Below are positions 45,701 through 56,600 of a stretch of DNA of 64,000 nucleotides, one piece after another. Below the pieces are notes generated by a model. It was given only the letters and a program-made list of their open reading frames with translations. It did no database searches and was not told the DNA's origin. The first letter of the stretch is position 1. Every line of letters starts with the position of its first letter. Source of the stretch: an uncultured virus (IMG/VR IMGVR_UViG_3300030202_003277). Taxonomy: Duplodnaviria > Heunggongvirae > Uroviricota > Caudoviricetes. Where the stretch lies: IMG/VR virus record IMGVR_UViG_3300030202_003277; one strand, given 5' to 3'. Made by a program: the position numbers and the translations under genes.

Positions 45701-47180
45701 AGAGTTTGATATTAATTCTGTATTATTTTATGAAGAAACAGTAATGTTATATGCTCCAAAACCATTAAGATTTAATGCTATAGATCATTTTCCTGTAAGA
45801 TGGAGGTATACACCAAGTAAATTTTATGGAGATGAAATAGATAGTTGGAGAATATTTCAAGTAAATGATTTTGATGATTTAAATGGTGAGTATGGAGAAA
45901 TAACAAGTAGTATATTTATTTTTAATCAAATATATTCATTTCAAGAAAGTGCATTTGGAAGATTAAGAGCTTCTGACAGAGCTTTAATTGAATCTGCTAA
46001 TCAAGGTTCACTTACAACTGGAATAGGTGAAAAATTAGATGGTATTGATTATATTAATACTGAATTTGGAAATCAACATCAATGGAGTTTATTTAGTTCA
46101 GGAAAAGCTGCGTACTGGATTGAGGTAAATCAAAGAAAAATTTGTCGTTTTGCTCAAGATGGATATATATCTTTAAGTGATGTTAGAGGTCTACATCAAT
46201 GGTCAGAAAATGAATTAAGAAATTTTGAAAATCAAGATACTCCTGTTGATGGTTTTGGAATTAGTGGAGTATTCGATTATCAAAATAATGTTGCAATTTG
46301 GTCATTTATAAGAGACAAAAAATTAAAAATTAGTGATGTAAATAGTCTTTATATAGTTTCAACTGAAACAAGAGTTAATAATTATGTATATACTATTATA
46401 AATAATTTAGATTTAGTAGAAATTGATCCTACAAGTGCTATAGTAGATGTAATAATTCCAAAAAATACTTCTATTAATGGTAATAATTATTTATTTGTTT
46501 TTTATATAACTAATATATCTATTGGAAATGTTTTACAAGTTAAACAAATAGATGGAGCTGCTTTTACAGGAATTGTAAATATTAATCCAGCAGAAACTTT
46601 TAAGTTTTATAGAAATAATATAAATGATGATTGGTCAACTGTATTAGTTAATAAAGCAGAAATAACAGAAAAATATTATTCAACATTATCATTTAATGAA
46701 ATATCAAATGCATTTGTTGGGTTTCATTCTTATAGTGCTAATATTTTTATAACAGCTAAGAATTTTACATTAGCACATTCTGAAAATCATACTAATGATT
46801 TATGGGCTTTAAATATTGGAAGAGTAACAGAATATTACAATGAAAAATATAATTCTATACTTGAACCAATTGTAGCAGACCAAGCAATGTATGCAAAAGT
46901 TTTTGATACGTTTAAAGGAAACGCTAACTTTAACCTTGTAAATACTTTAGAAGAAATACATATGATTACAGATACAACATATAATTTGTTATCATTAACT
47001 GCAGATACAAGAAAGGCTTTTAAAGAAAATGTATTAAGATTACCATTAAGAACTACAGATCAATTATATAGAACAAGAGGAAAACAATTAACTGAAATAT
47101 TAATAATTAATAATTCTGATTTAAAGTTAACTCAAGTATCAAGTATAACTACTGATTTTAGAATTTCAAATAGAATATAA
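42744..47180 (+). CDS. Tail stabilization / muzzle protein
   Basis: NTFQDGMRMD start, KGYFRGETYRYGIVFFD, YGEIT, FGNQHQWS. Confidence 0.8.
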   Translation: MAQSGKNRTMNTFQDGMRMDVDKLNQPNSSFRYGLNGRLIYNRDGTYAWETERGNKLSINYKPDNDSGLAGNNYKPIGWTGKSNLIVIFSTDEVSGYSEIGLLIINENGVSQYRTMFNDINDPNGELLNFNVKNQIEARFIYETDKLLRAYWVDGVKNNSNQPRSYTFSYDNTLPENDLNAYTPLSNSTHDINLQSSFNMGLIKYNKTISGGGNKLSGSYQYTYRLVTNVGYRTPWKPLTNPVILTTDQVTGSNPWEYEMEGSGIDTGKAIEIEIKGIDQRYDEIEVCYVYLETDSIPTQAAIFEITPIDGTTMTFVDSTMDGEPITIDELPVFFQGIRAAKTINIKDESLYLGNTIESSFELNDLEAILENITVTPYFKNIRSDEYSIGAFQDGRDVIGIGSKPPIHRQSVVANSTATMMLHDQPGGTEDYSVIDEYSNYKGTQISHLNKGYFRGETYRYGIVFFDLLGYQSFVYHLFDLETPEQYSNTYNATRLKSDGSTVAVPVVTLAERAWTTCNFGDYFDDDAINGLSGSNTAVSYLRIMGVKVGGIDISTVKSQISGFMIVRAKCEPQILMQGLVMPCVKENNTTRPAPYGHDRWYDITNGANPSTITNVGDMQLNAAVSIVTGSEYELRPNTSVFYPTDLDFGYSQLPNVQTADRIKLVSTCYQIGHDCVGDEDDGSGCWDYLNQYFTWEDDTASLFPPYTSFADRGREGVRKLYRTKNDYQGYADLPATINDPYPAHGVEADVSFLINLGLGDTVDNYEPGLDLDNTTEFDNGFHMGYEKFKQHKAWGKGNSVFIKHGDFTPFDGSGVAKPWNPFFQTPSSDLPDPTYMGSWIMNYLRPNNNPYGGVSRSSLERTVFFSVGHFQPVNNPTFDAQGMPATDIFNGIEIWGGDCILDYMGFARLYPRMRDPFNWNNTPFEYGIGELYPLESRVHHPLRNAPSQQDPIFSNVGLRPQKELQVGGTDWPDGIYYAAESELREEFDINSVLFYEETVMLYAPKPLRFNAIDHFPVRWRYTPSKFYGDEIDSWRIFQVNDFDDLNGEYGEITSSIFIFNQIYSFQESAFGRLRASDRALIESANQGSLTTGIGEKLDGIDYINTEFGNQHQWSLFSSGKAAYWIEVNQRKICRFAQDGYISLSDVRGLHQWSENELRNFENQDTPVDGFGISGVFDYQNNVAIWSFIRDKKLKISDVNSLYIVSTETRVNNYVYTIINNLDLVEIDPTSAIVDVIIPKNTSINGNNYLFVFYITNISIGNVLQVKQIDGAAFTGIVNINPAETFKFYRNNINDDWSTVLVNKAEITEKYYSTLSFNEISNAFVGFHSYSANIFITAKNFTLAHSENHTNDLWALNIGRVTEYYNEKYNSILEPIVADQAMYAKVFDTFKGNANFNLVNTLEEIHMITDTTYNLLSLTADTRKAFKENVLRLPLRTTDQLYRTRGKQLTEILIINNSDLKLTQVSSITTDFRISNRI

Positions 47181-47181
47181 T

Positions 47182-48417
47182 ATGGCATTATTTACAGACA
47201 AAAAAGAATTACCAAGACAAGCAGAGTATGTTCCAATGGAAACTGCTACAGGCTTAAGAAAAGTTGGATTAGCTGCATTAGGATATAAAGCAGATGGTAG
47301 TTTAAATACTATTGGCAAAATACAAGAATATAACCCATCACCTACACATGGTTTAAGAAATTTAGGGGCACAAGCATTTGCAAAAAAAGGTTCTGATTAT
47401 TCTAAAGTTATAAAAGAAGGAAGTGGAGATGCATGGACTCAAGATTTAAATTCTGTAGATTTTGCATGGCAAGCATTTAAAGTTTATTTATCTATGGGAG
47501 GTTCTGTAGGTGGAGGGGCTTCAGCTGCAACTGCTGGTGCAACTTCTACTCCAACTACAGGGGCTGCTGTTACAAGTGGTGCAAGTTCTGCGCCTGCGGG
47601 AGCCGGTACTGCTGTTCAAGGTCTTGATACATCAACAAGTGCTTTTAGTGGAATGGGTAGTGGAGCTGAAATAGCTTCTGGTCTTAGTACTGATATGACT
47701 ACTACTGCTGCTGCTTCAGCTATACCAACATATGATGTTGCTTCATGGACAACTGGAACTGCTATGGATGGAGCTGGTAATATAGTTGATAAAAATATAT
47801 TAGATGAAATTAATTCTGGAACATATGATGAAATTTATGATACAGAAGAAACTAATATGATGGATAGATTTTTAGAATATATGGGTCAAAAAGATGATGG
47901 TAAAACATCAGGCATTACTCCAGGTGGAGAAGAATATGATATTATTTCTCCTGATGTAATGGGAAGAAAAGGTAGTGGTACAGGTGAAGGAACTGGTGTA
48001 GATTTAGATAGCAAAAGGCCGGGAAGTACTTTTGTAGATAAATTAGATCCTAATCAAAAACAAATGTTAAATAAAAATCTTGACCAAGCTAAAAAAGAAA
48101 TGTCTAAAAAAGATAAAAAAAATGCAGACGCAGATTATGCAAATTGGAAAGCAGCTGCTGAACAACAAGGATTAAAAGTAATAGGAACAGACGCTGTTGA
48201 TAATACAGGTCAAGTTCAAGCAACTTTTAATGCAACAGATGATTCAGCAGAAAATAAAAAACGTTCTGGAGATGCTCTTAAAAATATGGCAATGGGTGGT
48301 ATAGTATCATCAGGGGCTAATTTAATTAATACAGCAACATCAAACATTAATGATGCTGAAGATAGAGTAAAAGAATATCAAAATCAAGGATCAATGACAA
48401 CAAGTTATTTATTATAA
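47182..48417 (+). CDS. Putative ejection/cargo protein
   Basis: G/A/S/T-rich, follows the muzzle gene. Confidence 0.5.
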   Translation: MALFTDKKELPRQAEYVPMETATGLRKVGLAALGYKADGSLNTIGKIQEYNPSPTHGLRNLGAQAFAKKGSDYSKVIKEGSGDAWTQDLNSVDFAWQAFKVYLSMGGSVGGGASAATAGATSTPTTGAAVTSGASSAPAGAGTAVQGLDTSTSAFSGMGSGAEIASGLSTDMTTTAAASAIPTYDVASWTTGTAMDGAGNIVDKNILDEINSGTYDEIYDTEETNMMDRFLEYMGQKDDGKTSGITPGGEEYDIISPDVMGRKGSGTGEGTGVDLDSKRPGSTFVDKLDPNQKQMLNKNLDQAKKEMSKKDKKNADADYANWKAAAEQQGLKVIGTDAVDNTGQVQATFNATDDSAENKKRSGDALKNMAMGGIVSSGANLINTATSNINDAEDRVKEYQNQGSMTTSYLL

Positions 48418-48419
48418 TT

Positions 48420-51400
48420 ATGGCAGAAAATAGTAACAATCCTACATGGACAGAAGCAGACCAAAAGGAATATGACAAGTATAAAAAATTTGAAACAAAA
48501 GATGGTCTTTTAGGTAGATATTGGTGGAGACAAATAAAAGAAAAAAAACGAAAGTATGATCAATTTGTTGCAAATTCTCAAAGTAAGTATGATAATTTTT
48601 CAACTGATGTTGCCCGTAATATTGAAACTGAATTTATACAACCTCAAGCGTTTATAGAAAAAAATCCTGATGGTACAGCAACATATTATACTAAAGCTCC
48701 AGAATCAGCATTAGAACCTAATAAAGAAGGAAATTTTAAATATGATGCATGGAATCAAGAAGGAGCAAAAAACATTGGATATTATCGAGCACCTTTTGCT
48801 TTACCAAAAAATTCTGAATTAATAAATTTAAGTGGTATTCAATATATAATAACTCCAGACAGAACAAATAATTTACCAACATTAAATAGAGTTGAAGAAA
48901 ATTCAGCAGTAGCTGAAACTTGGACAAGTGCACAAGAAGCATTTAATTTAGTAAATAAAGCTGGAACAACAAATTTAACAGATGCATATTCTGATGAAAA
49001 TATTTCAACTGCATTATTGAATGAAGCAAAATATTATGCTGATACTCAAGGTGTTGACATGGAAAATGGAAAATGGACTAAAGAACAGTATAATAATATA
49101 AATAAATTTAAAAAATTAGCTGACTCTTACTCTTTAAATATGTCTGAAGCTGGAGAAGAAAAATATAAAGACGCTCAATATAGTTTTCAAAAAAACATAA
49201 TGAGTCCTTATTATATTAGACAATTAGAAGATACTAAAGAGTGGCAAATTGATCAAGCTGAAATTGCAGATGCAGCATTAACAAACGCTATTGCAAGTGG
49301 TGCTGATGAACAAACTATAAACAGATTAGCAATTGCTAAAGAACAAAAAGATAAAGATTTAAAAGATAGAACTGCAGCTTCAAATGAAGCTATAAGTCAA
49401 ATTAGAGATGCGTTAGCTCCAGAAAAAAGAACTCCAAAAACTTATGGAGTATTTGATGATTTTTTTGCAGCTGTAGATAATGCATTATCTCCTGGTGCAG
49501 TAGGTAATATGTACTCTATTGACCAAGAAGGAAATAAACTTATTGGAACATCTACAGAAGAAAAACAAAATTTATTAAATGTTTTTAATAAAAATCTTCT
49601 TCCAGCTTTTGATGGTGTTAGTGAAAGAAATCAAAGTTTAAATAATACTAATGTTGTAACTCAAGATAATCTACCTACAGACGAAACTGATTATACTAAT
49701 AATCAATTAGGGCCTCAAACTGGAACTGGTATGGGTACAGGTGGTGGTACAAGTCAAAAACAACGTACTGGTGTAGGTGGAGGATATAGTAAAAGTGGTT
49801 TTGGATATAATATTAAAGATCCTAATAATGAAAAAGGTTTTGTTCCTACTACTGAGTTTATTAATGATTTAGGAAATACAGCAGCAAAAGGGCCTGATGG
49901 TACTGTTGTTATGACTGAAAGAACAATGAAAGATGTTCAAAGAGATATAGCAGATATAGATTCAGCAATAGGAAAAATAAATCAACCTATAGAAGAAGTT
50001 GGTGCTTATGCTCCAGATTTAGAACCTGGTTCAAATATTGGTGGTTTTATTGGAGATGCTGGTAGAGCATTAATAGGAATAAGGGGTGCGATGGAAGAAG
50101 TTCCAGAATATCAAACAGGAGAAATGTATAATCTTGCTATGGATGAAATGACAGCTCGTAGAGATTTAGGTATGAGTGATGAAGAAATTGCATTTTCAAG
50201 AAATTTAGCAGAAAGAGGTTATGGATATGATGTTAAAAATGTAAGAAGATTAGCTGGTGGTAGTGCTGGAGTTGCTTTAGGTAACTTAGGAAGAGCGCAA
50301 GGGCAATTGTATGACCAATATGCTAATATAGCTGCTGCAGACCAGCGAGTTAGAAGAGCTAATAGAGATCAGTTTTATAGGGGAGCTATGGCAGATGAAA
50401 ACATCAATAGACAAAAATTTCAAGATGAATTTCAACAAGCTGTTATGAATAAACAATCTGGAGCTATGTTAGTTAATGATGCATTAACTAATATGGATGA
50501 AAGAATGCAATTTAATAAAGCATATGGAAAAGGTTCTCCTTATTATGAAATGATGAAATCTACATGGCAAAGTTCAGAACAAGAAAGAATTAATAAAGAA
50601 GAAGCATTAAAAAATACACGTCAATCTAATATTGATAACTTAAATAAACGAAAAGAAGATTATCAATCAGAATTAGATAAAATGCAAACTTTAGGTACTG
50701 GAAATCAAGTTGTTTTACCTGACCCTAAAGATAATACACCTCGAACAATTGCAGAACAAACATTACAAACTGTACCAACTGGTGGAGTTGATGTAACTAA
50801 TGTTGAAAATACTGCTGGAGATGCTACAGAAATTGCAGAATATAAAAGAAGAGTAGATGATGGAGAAAATGAAATGGATGTTTTAATGGATCTTCGTAAA
50901 AAAAGAAAAGCTGGACAAGGGATTCTTAATAATGTTAATGATGTTGAAGAACCTGTAGTAGATGAAACTTTCGTTGAACAAACACCTATAACTGGAGATA
51001 CAGATAATTTAGGTGATCCTATGGCTACTGATAATAAACCTGTTGCTGGTGAATTAGAAAAGGTTTCTCCTGAAAATCAAACTTGGGAAGATAAATTAGC
51101 TGATTATAAATCTGAGTTTAAAGATGAAGAAACATTAGCAAAATATGAAGAAAATCCAATTGCATTTTTAGAAGAAGATATAAGAGGGTGGGAAAGTGAA
51201 CCAGATAGTGAACAAAAAACTCAAAGTCTTAAAAATCTTAATGAAAATCTTGAGATATTAAAGAATGAACAACCAGGTACATCATTAGTTAAAACTACAG
51301 AAGATTCAGAAGCTATAGATGAAAGTATACCAGAATATAGTAATATTTATGGATTAGATAATGTTAGTAGTGCTGTAGGAGAATATGAAGGAGATTTAGC

Positions 51401-51974
51401 TGTAACAGATAATGGAGAATTAGTTGAATGGAATATTTTTGATGAAAAATGGGATAAATCTCCAGAAAGTAGACAACCAAAATTTGTTTATGAAGGACCA
51501 GAGAATTATGAATTATATAAATCTAATTCACCAAGGTCAGCTACAGATTATAATATAACTCCTTTTATTAATAAAGTTAAATCGGGTTCATCTAAAGATG
51601 AAGTTTTAAAAGATATAAAAGATTTATCTAAAATACAGATAGATAAAACATGGGGTAATAATAATTTAAGTTTTGCAAGTGCTACATCAAATCAAATTAT
51701 GTTTAATAAATCAGAACAAAAAGATTTTGAAAAATTATTAGATTCAGATGAATTTAAAAAACTTGTTGGTGGAAGAGATAGTCAAATACCTGATTTATTA
51801 ATGGAAGTTGAAAGACAACTTGAAAATGGTTCAACACAAGGATTGTCAAATAATTTTTTACAGAAAACTAAAAAATCATTAATTAGATTTAATGAAGCAA
51901 GAGATAAATATATTACTCAAAAATCTAATGAATTAAATGATGAATTATCTAAACAATTTTTACAGAACTTATAA
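48420..51974 (+). CDS. Large putative ejection/cargo protein
   Basis: Helical Q/A/E-rich with AGGSAGVALGNLG segment. Confidence 0.55.
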   Translation: MAENSNNPTWTEADQKEYDKYKKFETKDGLLGRYWWRQIKEKKRKYDQFVANSQSKYDNFSTDVARNIETEFIQPQAFIEKNPDGTATYYTKAPESALEPNKEGNFKYDAWNQEGAKNIGYYRAPFALPKNSELINLSGIQYIITPDRTNNLPTLNRVEENSAVAETWTSAQEAFNLVNKAGTTNLTDAYSDENISTALLNEAKYYADTQGVDMENGKWTKEQYNNINKFKKLADSYSLNMSEAGEEKYKDAQYSFQKNIMSPYYIRQLEDTKEWQIDQAEIADAALTNAIASGADEQTINRLAIAKEQKDKDLKDRTAASNEAISQIRDALAPEKRTPKTYGVFDDFFAAVDNALSPGAVGNMYSIDQEGNKLIGTSTEEKQNLLNVFNKNLLPAFDGVSERNQSLNNTNVVTQDNLPTDETDYTNNQLGPQTGTGMGTGGGTSQKQRTGVGGGYSKSGFGYNIKDPNNEKGFVPTTEFINDLGNTAAKGPDGTVVMTERTMKDVQRDIADIDSAIGKINQPIEEVGAYAPDLEPGSNIGGFIGDAGRALIGIRGAMEEVPEYQTGEMYNLAMDEMTARRDLGMSDEEIAFSRNLAERGYGYDVKNVRRLAGGSAGVALGNLGRAQGQLYDQYANIAAADQRVRRANRDQFYRGAMADENINRQKFQDEFQQAVMNKQSGAMLVNDALTNMDERMQFNKAYGKGSPYYEMMKSTWQSSEQERINKEEALKNTRQSNIDNLNKRKEDYQSELDKMQTLGTGNQVVLPDPKDNTPRTIAEQTLQTVPTGGVDVTNVENTAGDATEIAEYKRRVDDGENEMDVLMDLRKKRKAGQGILNNVNDVEEPVVDETFVEQTPITGDTDNLGDPMATDNKPVAGELEKVSPENQTWEDKLADYKSEFKDEETLAKYEENPIAFLEEDIRGWESEPDSEQKTQSLKNLNENLEILKNEQPGTSLVKTTEDSEAIDESIPEYSNIYGLDNVSSAVGEYEGDLAVTDNGELVEWNIFDEKWDKSPESRQPKFVYEGPENYELYKSNSPRSATDYNITPFINKVKSGSSKDEVLKDIKDLSKIQIDKTWGNNNLSFASATSNQIMFNKSEQKDFEKLLDSDEFKKLVGGRDSQIPDLLMEVERQLENGSTQGLSNNFLQKTKKSLIRFNEARDKYITQKSNELNDELSKQFLQNL

Positions 51975-51996
51975 AATAATACTTTAAATTTATATT

Positions 51997-53658
51997 ATGG
52001 CAGATTGGGGTTTATATTCAGCATTAAGGGGTAAAAACAATTGGCAACAAAGACGTGCTGATAAGATGATGAATTTTCAAATGACTGAAGCTCTTAGGGC
52101 TAAAAGGGAAAGAGAAAATCAACAGAGAATGCAAATGGAAGCTAAATTTTTAGAATACCAAAATGCTATTCAAAATTTAGATGTTTTAAAACAAGACCAA
52201 GAAAGAGTTAGGGGTGTAGAAGGTAAGGCTCGACAAAATGTTATAGCTGGTATTGCTAAGTATGATGGTGATATTAACAAATATATGAACAGTGGTGGTT
52301 TGCAACAAATGAATGCATATCAGCAAGAAGTAATGCAATCTGAAGAGTTAGCAAATGCTGTTCAAAATAAAAAAAATATGGCTTTATATCTTGCAGATAG
52401 AGCTAAAGGAGATAGATGGATGAAATCAGTTATGGTAGATAAAGAATTTATAGACCCACAAACTGGAAAAAAAACTACAAGAAAAGTAGCTACAAATATG
52501 GAAGATCAAATGGCAATGTTTGATTCTGGTCAATTATCTAATTTTCAATTTAATGGTTCTGAAAAAAAGGTAGCGATAAATCCTGCATTATTTAAAAAAT
52601 CTGTTAAAGACGCTACTAATCCATATAGTAAAGATAATTATGTAACACAATCTAATGTATTTGATGCTGCATTAATGCAAGGAGCAAGTAAAGAACAAGC
52701 TATGCAATTAGCAGAAGAATATGGACAAGGAGTACAAGCTGGCGGTGTTGAAAGTGCTTGGAGATGGGGAGCTGGTAATCCATTAGACATTGAAAAACTT
52801 AAAATGCAAGCAAGTCAGTTTAGAGAAAGTATGAATTATAAACGAGACTATTTAAAACAACAAAAAGAACTTTCTCAATATAGGGCTAAATATGGTAATA
52901 AAGCAACTAATACTTTAGCTGCACATGCTGTTGCTGTTAATAGAAAATTATTAGCTGGTGGAGATGGTGCTACTTCTACTGATGGTTTGTTATTAAATGA
53001 CATAGCAAAATTAACTCCAGAAAACTTTATTAAAATGCCACAAAATAAAGATAATCCAAATGGTATGCAATATATGTATTCTGGACCAATGCGTACAGCT
53101 ACAACAAATTATATTGATGGTAGAGCACAAAGTCAATTAACTGGTGGAATAATAAATTCAACAGGCAATCCAGTTCCAATAATGTTAGGAGATCCAAATA
53201 GTCGAAATTCATTTGTAAGATTAAGACAAGAAAATGGAGATATGGAAACATTTGCTATAGCTTACGCACAAGGAAATGCTGATAATCCGATTTTTGGAGC
53301 AGCAGCTGCTAATGGTCAAGCTGGTAGTTGGGTGGTTGGAGATATTGATAATGCTATTACTGGACAATCACAGAAAAAGTTTGTTGGTTTAATACCTGTA
53401 GGTGGTTTATTAGATAATCCAGCATATACTCAAGCATTAGATATGGAAGCTGGTTATAAAGTACAAGGTCAAGGGCCTTATGAAAATTGGCAATCTTTGG
53501 GTACAGCTGGTTACAATGAAATTAATCAACAAAATATTAATGCTATGGGTGGTTTTGATCAATATAATCAAATGGTTAATAATCAACTTGGAACATTTTA
53601 TACCGGAAGTACATCGGCTGGACAAACAAATTATAGTTTAGAAAATTACGATCAATAA
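51997..53658 (+). CDS. Putative ejection/cargo protein
   Basis: Q/M-rich helical protein upstream of the virion RNAP. Confidence 0.5.
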   Translation: MADWGLYSALRGKNNWQQRRADKMMNFQMTEALRAKRERENQQRMQMEAKFLEYQNAIQNLDVLKQDQERVRGVEGKARQNVIAGIAKYDGDINKYMNSGGLQQMNAYQQEVMQSEELANAVQNKKNMALYLADRAKGDRWMKSVMVDKEFIDPQTGKKTTRKVATNMEDQMAMFDSGQLSNFQFNGSEKKVAINPALFKKSVKDATNPYSKDNYVTQSNVFDAALMQGASKEQAMQLAEEYGQGVQAGGVESAWRWGAGNPLDIEKLKMQASQFRESMNYKRDYLKQQKELSQYRAKYGNKATNTLAAHAVAVNRKLLAGGDGATSTDGLLLNDIAKLTPENFIKMPQNKDNPNGMQYMYSGPMRTATTNYIDGRAQSQLTGGIINSTGNPVPIMLGDPNSRNSFVRLRQENGDMETFAIAYAQGNADNPIFGAAAANGQAGSWVVGDIDNAITGQSQKKFVGLIPVGGLLDNPAYTQALDMEAGYKVQGQGPYENWQSLGTAGYNEINQQNINAMGGFDQYNQMVNNQLGTFYTGSTSAGQTNYSLENYDQ

Positions 53659-56600
53659 TGGGAGAATACGTAAAAAAACCGTTACAAACATCAGGTGGCA
53701 ATCCAAATCAAGGGGCACAAGGATTTACTGAAGATTTTAGAGATAGAACTCCAGCTTTAATAGATGCTGATGGTAAAATAAATCTTGATAGAGAGTTTCT
53801 TTCTGGTAGGTCTGAAATGGAACAACAAATGACTTCAATGGGGTTTGATGTTGGAAGATTAGATTTACAAGAATATGATTATGCTAATTTATATAGAGAT
53901 TGGAACTCAGTTGATGCAAGAGAAGTGCCTGATTTTTACGATCCATTTGAAGCAGAATCATATGAATTTGAAAGATGGGCTATAACTGACATGGCTGCTG
54001 GACTTTGGAATAGAGGTGTTGCTGGAATGGTTAGTGGTTTAGCACAAGCTCCAGCTATTGTTGGTGCGGCTATTACTGGTGGAGAAGTAGATGGGTTTTG
54101 GGATAGTTGGATTCAAGGAGCAAATGACATGGGTGAAGCTATGAGTGTTCAGCAAAGTGATAGATCTTTAATTCCTATGACATCTGAAATTAATTCAAGC
54201 AATTTAGCATATGCTATTGGAGATGGATTAGGATTTGTAGCAGATATATTTTTAGGAAGTCATGGTGTTGGTTCATTAGTAAAAGCCGGTTCTGCTGTTA
54301 GTAAAGTACAAAGAGCACAAAGACTTGGAAGTTTTTTGACTGGTACTGTTCAAATGCAAAAAGATTTATATCAAGAAGGAATTAGAAATGGTTTAAATCC
54401 TGGAGATGCAGCAAGAGTTGCTATACCTACAGCTTCAATAGTTTCTTTATCTGAGGGAGCTGCTTTAGAAATGTTAGGTGCTACTATAAGTGGACAAACA
54501 TTAAGGGGAATAGGTACATCTGCTTTAAAGGGAGAATTTCAAGCTATGGGTAAAGCTTTTGCTAAAGGTGGTTCTGGATTAACAATGTCAAATTTTAAAA
54601 AATTAGCTCCAAAATATGCTAAATCATTTGGTCAAAAAATGAAAAGTTTAGGAGCCAGTGCATATAAAGGTGCTACAGTTGAGGCAACACAAGAATTTAC
54701 TCAACAATATATTGAAGATTTTGGAAAGTTTGCTTATGATACATGGTTTGCTGGAGATGATAAAACAAAAGGTAAAGGGAAATTTGGTGTAGAGTGGGAT
54801 AAAACTTTAGAAAAAGCAATGGTAGGTGCTTTAGTAGGTGGTCTTGTTGGTGGTATGGTAAGTGGTGGTGGTTCAGCAATTAGAGGGGTTGAAGGAAATA
54901 CTACGTTTGCATATGTTAAAGATGCAATAGATAATAACAAACCTGGTAAAATTAAAAGAATTATAAATCAAGTTAATAGAATGGGTGCTAATGGAAAGGT
55001 AGAAAACGCTCCAGAAGTAATTCAAGCTATTAAAGATATGACAAGATTTTCTCAATCTATAAAAGGTCTTAATATAGATTCAAGTACTGCTAATTTTCAA
55101 TTATTTCAATTAAATCAAATACAACAAGGGTTTCAAGAAAAATTTGGTAAAGAATTTAAAACTGATCCTAAAACAAATTATTTAATAGCTAATGCTTATA
55201 GAATTAATGAGCAAAAAGCAACTATGCTTACTCAAGCTATGAATAATGAAATGCAAGTTCTTATTCAGGATAAAAAGCCACTAACTAAAGACTTAAATAA
55301 ATTTGAAACTAAATTAAATAATTATCAAAAGTTATTTAAACAAATTCAAAAAGGACAAATTAATGAAGAGCAATTAGTTAAAGAAATTAGAAAAAATGAA
55401 TCCCCTACTGTTACTAAATGGAGACAATCCATTGAAGCAGAAATGGAAAAAATTAAACAATCACAATTAGATAATGATGGTGTTTCTGTTAATGAACAAT
55501 TAGATAATTTAGACGCTGAAAAATTAAAGAAAAAAGAATCTACATTAGAATATGTAGAATTACCTAATAATAAAAAAGCTACTAAAAAAGCAATTACAGA
55601 TTTTGAAAAAATTATTGCAGAGAGAGATAAAATGAATACTGCAGCTGAAAAAGATAGTACTGTTCGTGATGCATTTGCAGATAAAATGAGAGATGAATAT
55701 GGAATGACTTTAGCTGATTTAACAGAGCTTGAAACAAATTGGACTTTTGGCGAAAATATTAAAAGTAAACGTGAAGAGGGTTCATTAAAATATGTACAAC
55801 CAAAAACAAAACAAACTGAAGAATCAAAGACTCCAAAACAAGAAAATAGAATTAAAGAATTAGAACAAGAAATTGAAGATCAAAAAAGAGTTGTTGCTAT
55901 AACTGGACCAGCTAAAGCGGGAGATGTAACTTCTACTGATGCTAATTTAAAATTAAAACAATTAGAAAAATCTTTAGAAATTGAAAAAGCAGCTGTTGCT
56001 GCTTCTGAAAGGAAAGAAGGTACTACACCAGTTTTTGAAAACGAAGAAATAGATGGTAAATTCTATAGAGATAATCAAAAAGAAATTGAAAGTAGAGCTA
56101 AAGAAATTAGAGAAAATAAAGAAGCTAATAAAATAGCAGATGCAATAAAAAAATCTTCTAAAGAAGAATTAGAAGATGCAGCTAAAAAAGCTGAAGAAAT
56201 TAAAGAAGCTAAAAAGAAGCCTGAATCTAAGAAGAAACAAGATAAGAAAGTAGCTCCTAAAAAAGTAAAAGAAGATTCTAAAGCTGAAAGAATTGCTAAA
56301 AGAGATAAAAAACTTTTTGAAGAAACTCAAGAAGCTCCTGGAATACCAGGAAAACCTAAATTAGATAATATAATTAATGATGGAAATGTAACTACAGGTG
56401 TTTATGTAAATGAAAATGGTGATATAGATATAGTTATTAGTAGTACAGGTACAAACCAAAATTATGTAGGATTTTATAGAGTTTATGAAGATGGTAAACC
56501 AACAAATAAATTTACCTCTAAAATGCAAGTTGTTGATGGTAAAGGGTTTGGTAAAATGATAGCAAATGCTCAAAAACAATTACCTGAAGGACATCAATGG